Of a DNA stretch of 64,000 nt, positions 18,669 through 27,368 are shown piece by piece; within the stretch, counting starts at the first letter, position 1, and the number at the start of each line of letters is the position of its first letter. This DNA comes from a bacterium (lineage in GTDB: Bacteria > Patescibacteriota > Minisyncoccia > Phycocordibacterales > Phycocordibacteraceae), in contig JAJZRL010000001.1 in the NCBI GenBank assembly GCA_021802705.1, forward strand, positions 84,379-148,378, given 5' to 3'. The notes under the pieces are model-generated. The model was not told the origin of the DNA, searched no databases, and saw only the letters and a program-made list of their open reading frames with translations. The translations under genes and the position numbers were made by a program.

Positions 18669-20786
18669 ATGCCCGATAAGTTCCTCAAACCTTACAATCC
18701 GGCAGAAACCGAAACGCGGGTATACGAAGCATGGGAGGCGAGCGGGTTCTTTAATCCTGACAACCTTCCCGAAAACGGGGAGCCTTTCACCATAGTGATG
18801 CCGCCTCCAAACGCGAACGGTTCCCTCCACGCCGGCCACGCGCTCTTTATCACGCTCGAAGATATCCTGATCCGCTTCAAACGCATGCAAGGGTACAAGG
18901 CTCTCTGGCTCCCCGGCGCGGATCATGCAGGCTTTGAAACGCAGGTGGTATACGAGAAGAAGCTTGAGAAAGAAGGGCGGTCGCGGTTCCAGATGGATCC
19001 GAAAGATCTCTACGATGAGATCTACGCATTCACGATGCTCAATAAGACGGGGATGGAAGACCAGATACGGCAGATAGGCGCCTCGTGCGACTGGTCGCGC
19101 GAAAAATTCACGCTCGATCCGGCGGTCGTGCTCGACGTGCAGAAAACGTTCGTAAAGATGTTTGCGGACGGCCTCGTCTATCGCGGTAATCGGACGGTAA
19201 ACTGGTGCCCCAAGCATCAGACATCGCTCTCGGACGTCGAAACGACAAACGGAGAAGAGACCGCTCCGCTCTACTATTTCACGTACGGGCCGTTCACCAT
19301 CGCGACGGCGCGTCCCGAAACGAAATTCGGCGATAAGTATGTCGTCATGCATCCGGACGACGAGCGCTATGCGAAGTGGAAAGAGGGCGACTCGTTCGAA
19401 GCCGAATGGATAAACGGACCCATCACCGCGACGGTCATCAAAGACGAAGCGATCGACAAGGAATTCGGCACCGGCGTCATGACTATCACGCCCTGGCACG
19501 ATGCGACCGACTTTGAAATAGCAAAACGGCACCATCTCCCCTACGAACAGGTCATCGACTGGCGCGGCAGGCTCCTTCCCATCGCCGGAGAGTTCGCCGG
19601 AATGAAGATACTTGATGCCCGTCCGAAGATCGTCGAGAAGCTCGCTCTAAAGGGTCTCGTTTCGAAGATAGACGATACGTACCGGCACGTCGCGAAACGC
19701 TGCTACAAATGCAACACGTTCATCGAGCCGCAGGTAAAGGACCAATGGTTCGTGAAGATGGCTCCGCTTGCGCAGAAAGCGATGGAGGCCGTGAACGACG
19801 GCGCCGTGAGATTCATTCCCGAGAATTATGAAAAGATCTTCCGTTACTGGATGGAGAACACGCTCGACTGGAACATCTCGCGTCAGATCGTCTGGGGAAT
19901 CCCTATTCCGGCATGGTTCCGTAACCGCGGCACTGATGCCGAAGAATCCGTCGCTTCTCTCGAGAGGCCCGACGGAGACGGCTGGGAGGCGGACACGGAT
20001 ACCTTCGACACATGGTTCTCTTCAGGCCAATGGCCCCTCATCATGACAGGATTCCCCGAAGGGAAAGATTACGCGACATTCTACCCCACGGACGTCATGG
20101 AGACCGGGCATGACCTCATCTTCAAGTGGGTCCCGCGGATGATCATCTTCGGGCTCTATCTCGGAAAGAAAGTCCCTTTCCATACCGTATACCTTCACGG
20201 ACTCGTGAATGACGCTCAGGGCAAGAAAATGAGCAAATCGAAAGGCAATGTCGTGAACCCTCTCGACCTCACAAGCAAGTACGGAACCGACGCGCTTCGC
20301 ATGGCGCTCGTCGTCGGCAACACTCCCGGAACCGATCTCGCGCTGTCTGAGGAGCGGGTGAAGGGCTATAAGCATTTCGCGAACAAGCTCTGGAATATCG
20401 CGCGCTTCGTACTCGAGCATACCGGTGAAGCGGATATGAAAACGCCGCTTGTGGCACACGACGCGGCGCTGCGCAAAGAAGCGGAAGACCTCCTTGCGGA
20501 AGTAACGAAGGACATCGAGGAGTATCGCATTTACCTGGCGGCTGAAAAACTCTATCATTACGTTTGGCATGAGTTCGCCGACAAGATACTCGAGGAATCC
20601 AAAGAGATCCTCCGAAGCTCCGATGACGAGGCGAAAGCGTCGCGACGAGCGTTCCTTGTCCATACGCTTGACGCGTTCCTGCGCGCGCTCCACCCTTTCA
20701 TGCCTTTCGTAACGGAAGAGATCTGGCAGTCGTTGCAGAGCAAGGATGCCGCGTTCCTCATGATCGCGCGGTGGCCTTCGTCCTAG
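18669..20786 (+). CDS. valS: valine--tRNA ligase
   Basis: MPPPNANGSLHAGH, WLPGADHAG, DWNISRQIVWG, DTWFSS, KMSKSKGN, LHPFMPFVTEEIW. Confidence 0.97.
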   Translation: MPDKFLKPYNPAETETRVYEAWEASGFFNPDNLPENGEPFTIVMPPPNANGSLHAGHALFITLEDILIRFKRMQGYKALWLPGADHAGFETQVVYEKKLEKEGRSRFQMDPKDLYDEIYAFTMLNKTGMEDQIRQIGASCDWSREKFTLDPAVVLDVQKTFVKMFADGLVYRGNRTVNWCPKHQTSLSDVETTNGEETAPLYYFTYGPFTIATARPETKFGDKYVVMHPDDERYAKWKEGDSFEAEWINGPITATVIKDEAIDKEFGTGVMTITPWHDATDFEIAKRHHLPYEQVIDWRGRLLPIAGEFAGMKILDARPKIVEKLALKGLVSKIDDTYRHVAKRCYKCNTFIEPQVKDQWFVKMAPLAQKAMEAVNDGAVRFIPENYEKIFRYWMENTLDWNISRQIVWGIPIPAWFRNRGTDAEESVASLERPDGDGWEADTDTFDTWFSSGQWPLIMTGFPEGKDYATFYPTDVMETGHDLIFKWVPRMIIFGLYLGKKVPFHTVYLHGLVNDAQGKKMSKSKGNVVNPLDLTSKYGTDALRMALVVGNTPGTDLALSEERVKGYKHFANKLWNIARFVLEHTGEADMKTPLVAHDAALRKEAEDLLAEVTKDIEEYRIYLAAEKLYHYVWHEFADKILEESKEILRSSDDEAKASRRAFLVHTLDAFLRALHPFMPFVTEEIWQSLQSKDAAFLMIARWPSS

Positions 20787-20811
20787 CGGATATCTGATAC
20801 AATAAGCTTCT

Positions 20812-21501
20812 GTGACTCTCTCTTCGTTTGGATACGCGTTTCTGGGCGGGCTTTTACCGTCGTTTATCTGGCTCTATTTCCTCCTGAAGGAAGATGCGCG
20901 TTGCCCTGAGCCGCGCACCTTGATCGCGCTCGCCTTCGTCGCAGGTATGCTGGCGGTGCCGCTGGCTCTTCCTTTTGAGCGCTATGCCGAAGGACATCTG
21001 CATGACAGCCTGTCCATTCTCATAGCATGGGCGACTGTCGAAGAGACCCTCAAGTATGTTATGGCCGCCCTGTTCATACTTTGGCGCCGTGCGGTGGATG
21101 AAGCGCCGGATTATGTCATATACATGATAACGGTCGCACTCGGGTTCGCCGCGGCTGAGAACATGCTTTTCCTGCTTGCCCCCCTTTCAAACGGCCACAT
21201 CGCGGCGGGAATCTCGACCGGCGACCTGCGCTTCCTCGGATCCACGCTGCTTCACGTCATCGCATCCGCCACGGTCGGCTTCGCGCTCGCCTTCTCCGAA
21301 AAGAGTTCCCCGACAAAACGGGTCTTTGCGGCGGCAGCCGGACTTATCCTCGCGATCGTGTTGCATACCGCCTTTAACGCGCTTATCATCAATCAAGGCG
21401 CCTCGACCGCGCTTGCCGCGTTCTCCCTCGTCTGGATTGCCGCGGTTATATTCTTAGCGACATTCGAAGTGCTCAAATACTTCCAGTATCGCAACCTTTA
21501 A
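20812..21501 (+). CDS. PrsW family intramembrane metalloprotease
   Basis: EETLK, GFAAAEN, LLHV, LHTAFN. Confidence 0.9.
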   Translation: MTLSSFGYAFLGGLLPSFIWLYFLLKEDARCPEPRTLIALAFVAGMLAVPLALPFERYAEGHLHDSLSILIAWATVEETLKYVMAALFILWRRAVDEAPDYVIYMITVALGFAAAENMLFLLAPLSNGHIAAGISTGDLRFLGSTLLHVIASATVGFALAFSEKSSPTKRVFAAAAGLILAIVLHTAFNALIINQGASTALAAFSLVWIAAVIFLATFEVLKYFQYRNL

Positions 21502-21516
21502 TATCACTCGTTACGT

Positions 21517-22023
21517 ATGATCACGAAGCGCTCATTCTTCAATCGCCTCTACGGCAATTCATCGGTTGGCGATACGTTCGATTCTTTTGATGACGAGTTA
21601 CCGGATACGACTCTCATCCGGAAAGAGCCGCGCGAAAACGCGACCGAGGCAACGAAACGTTCTCTGCCGCTCGATGACGCTCCTTCAAGCGGTGAAGGCC
21701 AGCTTCCTGTCGACGTGCATCAGACCGCAAACGATATCGTCATACAAGCGTTCGTCGCGGGCGTGCGTCCCGACGAACTCAGTATTTCCATAAGCCGCGA
21801 TATGGTCGAGATATCCGGTGCGCGCATGGAACGCGAACAGATCGCGGGGCCGGACTATTTCACCCGCGAGCTTTTCTGGGGCTCCTTCTCGCGCACGATC
21901 CTCCTCCCGCAAGAGGTTGATGTCGATGCTTCTTCAGCAAGCGCCAAAGACGGCCTTCTCACGATCATCCTTCCGAAGCTCGACAAGGCACGGCAAACGA
22001 AATTGCGCGTCAAAGCGGGATAA
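21517..22023 (+). CDS. small heat-shock protein Hsp20
   Basis: LPVDVHQT, ELFWGSFSRTILLP, KDGLLTIILPK. Confidence 0.92.
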   Translation: MITKRSFFNRLYGNSSVGDTFDSFDDELPDTTLIRKEPRENATEATKRSLPLDDAPSSGEGQLPVDVHQTANDIVIQAFVAGVRPDELSISISRDMVEISGARMEREQIAGPDYFTRELFWGSFSRTILLPQEVDVDASSASAKDGLLTIILPKLDKARQTKLRVKAG

Positions 22024-22035
22024 CCGCAAAACGGA

Positions 22036-23124
22036 TCACTGCAGCGTGATTGTCTGCTCCTCCGGCGGAGAAGCGACTTCCTCGACGGAAAAGGGGAGAT
22101 AGGCGATGCGGCGTCCGTCCGATGTTTCTATGCTTACGCGCCACTCCCCTGCCTTGTCGATACGCACCGTCGAGTAGCCGCGGTAGCCTCCGTCGCGACC
22201 GCCGACAATCGGGTACGGAACAACCGCCTGCGTCACCCACTGTTTTTCTGCCGGGTCATACCATTGCCAGCGATGCACGATAGTCGTCATAAGCGTCGTC
22301 GGCGCAAAGACGGCGCTGTAGGCGGAGAGCGATTCGCCGGGGACGACATGCATGACCGGCGAAAACCCGAGATAACGGACGGCCCACGGCTCCGCCTCGC
22401 TCTTCGCGAGATACGCTCCCGGGACGCGCCACACGTCGTGATACACGCCGACGGCTTCTGCCGAGAGCGGCAGGGGCGGAAGGATGTTCGTAAAGTAGAA
22501 CGCATTCATGAGGATGAGTATGGCAAACGCGCCGATACCTATGCGAGAAAGGTCGGCACGGAATCGCGTGCGTGCGAAAACGTGTAGGAGCGCGATGAAT
22601 ACGGCGAAGATGCCGATTGCGAGCGCGCCGCTTTCAAGGAAAGAGAGCGTCCCGAGCGAGCCGGTATATATCGGCACGGCGAAAATGGCGTACGAGTAAA
22701 GCGCGAAGAAAAAGAGCAGGCTCGTGAAGACGAGCCGGTCATGGTAGCGGCGGAAATATTCATTGCCGAGCAGGATGAGGAAAAGAAAGGCCGGGAAAAT
22801 CCATGATCCGCCGAAAATGGCAGAACGGCCATAGAAGATGACGAGACCGCTCCAGAATCCGCCGAGCGCGAATTGCGTAACGATAGGGAGAACCCCTCTC
22901 CATCGCGGACGAGCGATGCCGGCGGCAGCACGCGACTCGATCCGGTGCAGGAGCGGGATAGTCAGGAAACAGATGAGAGTGTAAGAAGCGAAAACCGCAT
23001 GGGTTTTCCAAAGGTCAATGCGGCCGAAAAAGACATTGTCGGCAATGAATCCGGCAACCATCGCGAGTGCCGAGAGATGGCGCTCGTATCTTTGCACCCA
23101 AGCAAGAAACCTCCGGAAGAACAT
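22036..23124 (-). CDS. polytopic membrane protein with C-terminal DUF2914-like domain
   Basis: Multiple TM helices, then IVHRWQWY..GGRDGGYRGYS..GEWRVSIET. Confidence 0.8.
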   Translation of the reverse strand: MFFRRFLAWVQRYERHLSALAMVAGFIADNVFFGRIDLWKTHAVFASYTLICFLTIPLLHRIESRAAAGIARPRWRGVLPIVTQFALGGFWSGLVIFYGRSAIFGGSWIFPAFLFLILLGNEYFRRYHDRLVFTSLLFFFALYSYAIFAVPIYTGSLGTLSFLESGALAIGIFAVFIALLHVFARTRFRADLSRIGIGAFAILILMNAFYFTNILPPLPLSAEAVGVYHDVWRVPGAYLAKSEAEPWAVRYLGFSPVMHVVPGESLSAYSAVFAPTTLMTTIVHRWQWYDPAEKQWVTQAVVPYPIVGGRDGGYRGYSTVRIDKAGEWRVSIETSDGRRIAYLPFSVEEVASPPEEQTITLQ

Positions 23125-23128
23125 ACGG

Positions 23129-23201
23129 TGCTTGGAGTCGGGCTCGAACCGACGACCCCTTCCTCTTCAGGGAAGTGCTCTACCAACTGAGCTATCCAAG
23201 C
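23129..23201 (-). tRNA. tRNA-Phe(GAA)
   Basis: GCTTGGATAGCTCAGTTGGTAGAGC...CTTCC-CT-GAA-GA-GGAAG...GGTTCGAGCC. Confidence 0.96.
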
Positions 23202-23212
23202 GAATACGGGCC

Positions 23213-23497
23213 TTACTGCCCCGCTTTGTACGAGTTTAGCAGCTTTTGGAGTTCGACGGAAGATGGCGTCCAAAACGGGCTTGTACTCGTCGGGCTCTGT
23301 GTTGCGTTGAATCTCTCTATGAAAGGCGTTATGTATTGCTGATAGAGATAGAGCGGGAGGGCAAGGACGATAATCCAGAAAACGACTTTGGCGATGAAAC
23401 CGATCCACTGGTCACGCCGGATGGCGCGTAACATGCGGTGGTTGTCTTTCGCGAGCGCATTGGTCTCTTCGAGAAGCCGTTTCAGCTCGGGATCCAT
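23213..23497 (-). CDS. hypothetical single-pass membrane protein
   Basis: MDPELKRLLEE coiled-coil start, one TM helix; -10-like TGaTAAGAT upstream. Confidence 0.75.
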   Translation of the reverse strand: MDPELKRLLEETNALAKDNHRMLRAIRRDQWIGFIAKVVFWIIVLALPLYLYQQYITPFIERFNATQSPTSTSPFWTPSSVELQKLLNSYKAGQ

Positions 23498-23801
23498 GTT
23501 GCTCCACATCTTATCATGAAATCCTGACGCGAAGCATGGATAACCCGTCGTCGTGCCTGCCGATAATCATGGCCTGGAGCGGAGAGCTTGACAATACTGG
23601 TAATATGCGTTTTACTTTTATCGGGATTCTATCTATCCGGAGACATTGCTGCCCCGTAAGCAGCGCGATACATGCCTTGAATTCATCAAGGTACGTATCG
23701 CGCTGCTCATGCTGAGTGGCAAACCTGTCGCGGTGTTGCGGCATCAAGCCACGGGATGCCAAAAGCTACCCGAATACGGCTACGGACTGGAGAGGAAGAA
23801 T

Positions 23802-24245
23802 ATGTACGTCGAATGGTCAGACGGTATCGGACCGCGAGAAAGGAGTCCTTTTCTTTTGTTTATCAGAGGAGACGAGATCCTTTCTTTCTATGGAGAGAAT
23901 ATCTCCGGTGTGGTTGCTATACGAGGTTTCGATCGTATCAAAAACGGAAAGTGGTCGTACACGGTGTATCGTCTGCAGGTTGCCGATGGCATCCGCTACA
24001 TCAAAGGACGCGACGGCTGGGAAACCGGCCGGTTCATCGAGGGACTCGGCGCCGCCGTCGGCTGCCCGACGCCTGATACATGGGCGGACACGGCCAAGGC
24101 ACTCGGGGTTTCGGTTTCAAGCGCCAAGGAGTTCCTACGGCGTCGGCGGCCGAAAGCTGCAGCCGAGCTCGACGAAGTCGATCGAGCGCTTGCGAACCTT
24201 GTCGTGGTGCCCCCTCCAGGAGTCGAACCTGAATCAGCTCGTTAG
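23802..24245 (+). CDS. hypothetical protein, 3' end overlaps tRNA-Arg antisense
   Basis: SD-like GGAGAGG before ATG 23802; TTGACA at 23588; stop codon lies inside the tRNA gene. Confidence 0.6.
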   Translation: MYVEWSDGIGPRERSPFLLFIRGDEILSFYGENISGVVAIRGFDRIKNGKWSYTVYRLQVADGIRYIKGRDGWETGRFIEGLGAAVGCPTPDTWADTAKALGVSVSSAKEFLRRRRPKAAAELDEVDRALANLVVVPPPGVEPESAR

Positions 24246-24279
24246 GAGTGAGCCGTTCTATCCATTGAACTAAGGGGGC
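24205..24279 (-). tRNA. tRNA-Arg(CCT)
   Basis: GCCCCCTTAGTTCAATGGATAGAAC...GCTCA-CT-CCT-AA-CGAGC...GGTTCGACTCC...GGGGGCACCA. Confidence 0.95.
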
Positions 24280-24298
24280 TCTAGAGAAAGCCTAGCAC

Positions 24299-24331
24299 AA
24301 AACGCGTACGCCGCTTGCGTACGCGTTTTTT
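24299..24331. terminator. bidirectional intrinsic terminator
   Basis: aaaacgcgtacgc-cgctt-gcgtacgcgtttttt. Confidence 0.8.
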
Positions 24332-24360
24332 CTTTCGGAGCCGCAGGAAAACCTTTGAAA

Positions 24361-24603
24361 CTAAATGGAAACGCCGAGCGTCGAGGCGATGCGTTCTTTA
24401 TCGAAGCCGATGATCATCTCATCGTCGATAAAGATGACCGGGACGCCCATCTGGCCTGACTTCTGAATCATCTCCTGTCGCTTTTCAAGGTCATGAGCGA
24501 CATCGAAATCAGTATAGGCTATGCCCTTTTCCGTGAGGAAATCTTTTGTCATTTGGCAGAAATGGCAGGTCGGCGTGCTATAAATAGTGATTTTTTTATC
24601 CAT
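24361..24603 (-). CDS. glutaredoxin/NrdH-like redoxin
   Basis: IYSTPTCHFC, SGQMGVPVI, IIGFD. Confidence 0.93.
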   Translation of the reverse strand: MDKKITIYSTPTCHFCQMTKDFLTEKGIAYTDFDVAHDLEKRQEMIQKSGQMGVPVIFIDDEMIIGFDKERIASTLGVSI

Positions 24604-24688
24604 GATTATTGGCTTGTTATGCGGTAACCGCAGTATAGCATATCAGACTATCCACAGGAGCAATCTCGGCGGGAGAGCGGCCGCCGGC

Positions 24689-25072
24689 TTACACAGCATC
24701 AACCGCCGCCTTCAGCTTAGCTTCGACTTCTTTGGCGATATTCGCGAGCGCGGCGTTCTCGACGATAGACATGGCGACCGTCGGTAAGATCGTCGCGACA
24801 GAGACCTTCTTGCGAGCCTCGTACACGATGACATTGCACGGCAAAAGCAGGCCGATATCCTTTTCACTCTGTAATGCCTCATAGGCGAAAGACGGATTGC
24901 ATACGCCGAGAATGACGTAGCGGTCAAGCTCGACACCGAGCTTTCGCTTGAACGTCTCCTGTATATCAATCTCAAGCAAGGTACCGAAGCCCTGATTGGC
25001 AAAAGAGAGCTTCGTGCGTTCCACGACTTCGGGAAACGCGCCCTCGACTTCTCGTTTATATCCGTATTGCAT
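24689..25072 (-). CDS. DUF302 domain protein
   Basis: GFGTLLEIDIQETFKRKLG, YVILGVCNP, IGLLLPCNVIVYE. Confidence 0.9.
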   Translation of the reverse strand: MQYGYKREVEGAFPEVVERTKLSFANQGFGTLLEIDIQETFKRKLGVELDRYVILGVCNPSFAYEALQSEKDIGLLLPCNVIVYEARKKVSVATILPTVAMSIVENAALANIAKEVEAKLKAAVDAV

Positions 25073-25125
25073 ACTGGAGAAGAATACCACACGAGAACCC
25101 TTGGAAAGCCCGAGTCGTTCCGAAC

Positions 25126-25199
25126 TGGTGCGGGTACCGGGAATCGAACCCGGGTCTCAACCTTGGGAAGGTCGCATTCTGCCACTAAACCATACCCGC
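25126..25199 (-). tRNA. tRNA-Gly(CCC)
   Basis: GCGGGTATGGTTTAGTGGCAGAAT-G-CGACC-TT-CCC-AA-GGTTG...GGTTCGATTCC...CCCGCACCA. Confidence 0.97.
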
Positions 25200-25212
25200 T
25201 CGTGTGAGCTAC

Positions 25213-25551
25213 CTAAAACCACTGAAGTATCCTTTGCCACCACGAGGTCGTCGTCGTCGGCGCCTGATTGGCGGGCGGTACCACCACGATAACTTCTTCC
25301 CCCGGTCTTGCAACCCCGAATGCGGTTCGGATAGCGGCATCTTGCCCGCGAGGCGTATTGAGCGCCGCCAGGTTCGCTTCGAGGGTCGTCTTGCGCTTCT
25401 CAAGCGATTGGTATTGCCGCTGCGTATCATGCGCCTGCGATATCGCTACCTGCGCTTTCCCGACAAGCCCCCAAATGAGCACGAGAAGCCATGACGCGAT
25501 AAGAAGGAGGAACCCTATGATAATTCCCTGCCGCAATTGCGTCCCGCGCAT
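25213..25551 (-). CDS. FtsB/DivIC-like septum formation initiator
   Basis: N-terminal TM + coiled coil + IRTAFGVARPGEEVIVV. Confidence 0.8.
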   Translation of the reverse strand: MRGTQLRQGIIIGFLLLIASWLLVLIWGLVGKAQVAISQAHDTQRQYQSLEKRKTTLEANLAALNTPRGQDAAIRTAFGVARPGEEVIVVVPPANQAPTTTTSWWQRILQWF

Positions 25552-25574
25552 GAATCCCAGTATAGCGCGTCTTC

Positions 25575-27368
25575 CTAACGATCGCTTTCCTGCACCATCT
25601 TCATGAAGACTTCCTCGGGAATCTCGACTTTCCCGCGGGAAAGCAGCTTTTTCTTGCCGCGCTTCTGTTTCTCGAGGAGCTTCTTCTTGCGCGATACGTC
25701 GCCGCCATAGAGATAACCGGTAACATCTTTCCTCATCGCCGAAAGCGTCCGCGACGCGACGATGCGCCCGAGAGCTTGCGCCTGGATCTTTGTCACGAAG
25801 AGCTGCTTCGGCAGGATGGCGTGGAGCTTTTCCGCCATCCTCTCGCCCTCTTCTTGAACCCTGTGCCGCGCGACAACGCGCGCGAATGCCGGAACAGGCT
25901 CCTCGGCGACAAGGATATCGAGCCGCACGACGTCCGCGACGCGCTCGCCTATGAGCTCATACGAGAGTGATGCATAGCCGGAAGAGACGTTCTTGAGCTT
26001 ATCGAAAAATCCGCGCATAAGCTCCCGGAGCGGCATTTCCACCATGAGCTCGATGCGGCCGCCTTCGTACGTTTCCGTCGCCACGATGTGCGCCTCGTGT
26101 TCGTGGAGCATCTGCATGAGAGCGCTCATCGAATCCGGAGGCGTGATGATGGTGACTTTCGTCCAGGGTTCCTCTATCCGTACGATCTCGCCATGCTCGG
26201 GGAACTTCGCCGGCGTATAAACGATCTCCTCCTTGCCATGCCTGTCGGTAACACGGTAAGAAATGGTCGGCATGGTGACGATAAGCGAAAGGCTGAATTC
26301 GCGCTTCAGACGTTCGGTTATTATCTCGAGGTGCAGAAGCCCGAGAAACCCGCAGCGGAATCCCCTCCCCAGCACCCCTGAAGACTCCTCCTCGAAAGAG
26401 ATCGAAGAATCAGAAAGCCTCAGCCGCTCGAGCGACTGGCGTAAAAGGGGAAGGTCATCCTGACTCTCCGGATATACCGACGCCCACACGACCGGCCGCG
26501 GCCGCGAAAAACCGGGGAGCGCCGATAGCGAACCTCTCACGAGTCCGACGGTATCGCCGACAGCGACGATACCGGCTTCTTTCACACCCGTAACGACATA
26601 GCCTATCTCGCCGGCCGAAATGGAGTCGACAGGCGTCTCTTCGGGGCTGAAGACCCCGACTTCAAGCGCGGCGAATTCCCTTCCGGCAGCATGAAATCGA
26701 AGCGTCTGCCCTTTCCTGAAGGTTCCGTCGAAAACGCGGAGATACACCGTGATGCCGCGGTGAGTAGAATATGAGAAGTCGAAGATGAGTCCGCGCGGTT
26801 CCTCGCCGGATTCCGGCGAGGAACCGCGCGGGCTTGGAATACGTTCCGCTATCGCGTCAAGAAGTTCATCAACGCCGGCGCCGGTCTTCCCCGATACCGC
26901 GAGCACCTCGCTCGGCGGTATCTGCACGAGCCTGGAAAGCTCCTCGACGACCTCTCCGACCCGCGCCGCAGGAGCGTCGATCTTCGAAACGACGGGGATG
27001 ATGGCGCAGTGCTCCGCGCGGGCCGCTGCGAGCGTCGTCAACGTTTGTGCCTGCACGCCCTGCGTCGAATCGACAAGAAGAAGCACTCCCTCGACCGCCT
27101 TGAGCGCCCGCGAGACTTCGTACGAGAAATCGATATGTCCGGGCGTATCGATGAGGTTCAATATGAAGTCGCCATGCCGCATCCGTACCGGCTGCATTTT
27201 GATAGTGATGCCGCGTTCACGCTCGAGATCCATCCGATCAAGCACCTGATCGCGCATCAGGCGTTCTGGGATCGTGCCGGTGCGCTCAAGCAGACGGTCG
27301 GCAAGCGTCGACTTCCCGTGATCGACGTGCGCGATGATGGAAAAATTACGGATAAGTTTCTGATTCAC
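25575..27368 (-). CDS. lepA: elongation factor 4 (LepA)
   Basis: IRNFSIIAHVDHGKSTLADR, ERERGITIK, LIDTPGH, GFRCGFLGLLH, YGGDVSRKKKLLEKQK. Confidence 0.98.
   Translation of the reverse strand: MNQKLIRNFSIIAHVDHGKSTLADRLLERTGTIPERLMRDQVLDRMDLERERGITIKMQPVRMRHGDFILNLIDTPGHIDFSYEVSRALKAVEGVLLLVDSTQGVQAQTLTTLAAARAEHCAIIPVVSKIDAPAARVGEVVEELSRLVQIPPSEVLAVSGKTGAGVDELLDAIAERIPSPRGSSPESGEEPRGLIFDFSYSTHRGITVYLRVFDGTFRKGQTLRFHAAGREFAALEVGVFSPEETPVDSISAGEIGYVVTGVKEAGIVAVGDTVGLVRGSLSALPGFSRPRPVVWASVYPESQDDLPLLRQSLERLRLSDSSISFEEESSGVLGRGFRCGFLGLLHLEIITERLKREFSLSLIVTMPTISYRVTDRHGKEEIVYTPAKFPEHGEIVRIEEPWTKVTIITPPDSMSALMQMLHEHEAHIVATETYEGGRIELMVEMPLRELMRGFFDKLKNVSSGYASLSYELIGERVADVVRLDILVAEEPVPAFARVVARHRVQEEGERMAEKLHAILPKQLFVTKIQAQALGRIVASRTLSAMRKDVTGYLYGGDVSRKKKLLEKQKRGKKKLLSRGKVEIPEEVFMKMVQESDR

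Noticed and set aside
23716-23790. GGCAAACC...GGGATGCCAAAAGCT resembling a c-di-GMP-I riboswitch
   Set aside because: Lacks the GNRA-capped P2 and a convincing P1/P3; would need an Infernal hit to RF01051.
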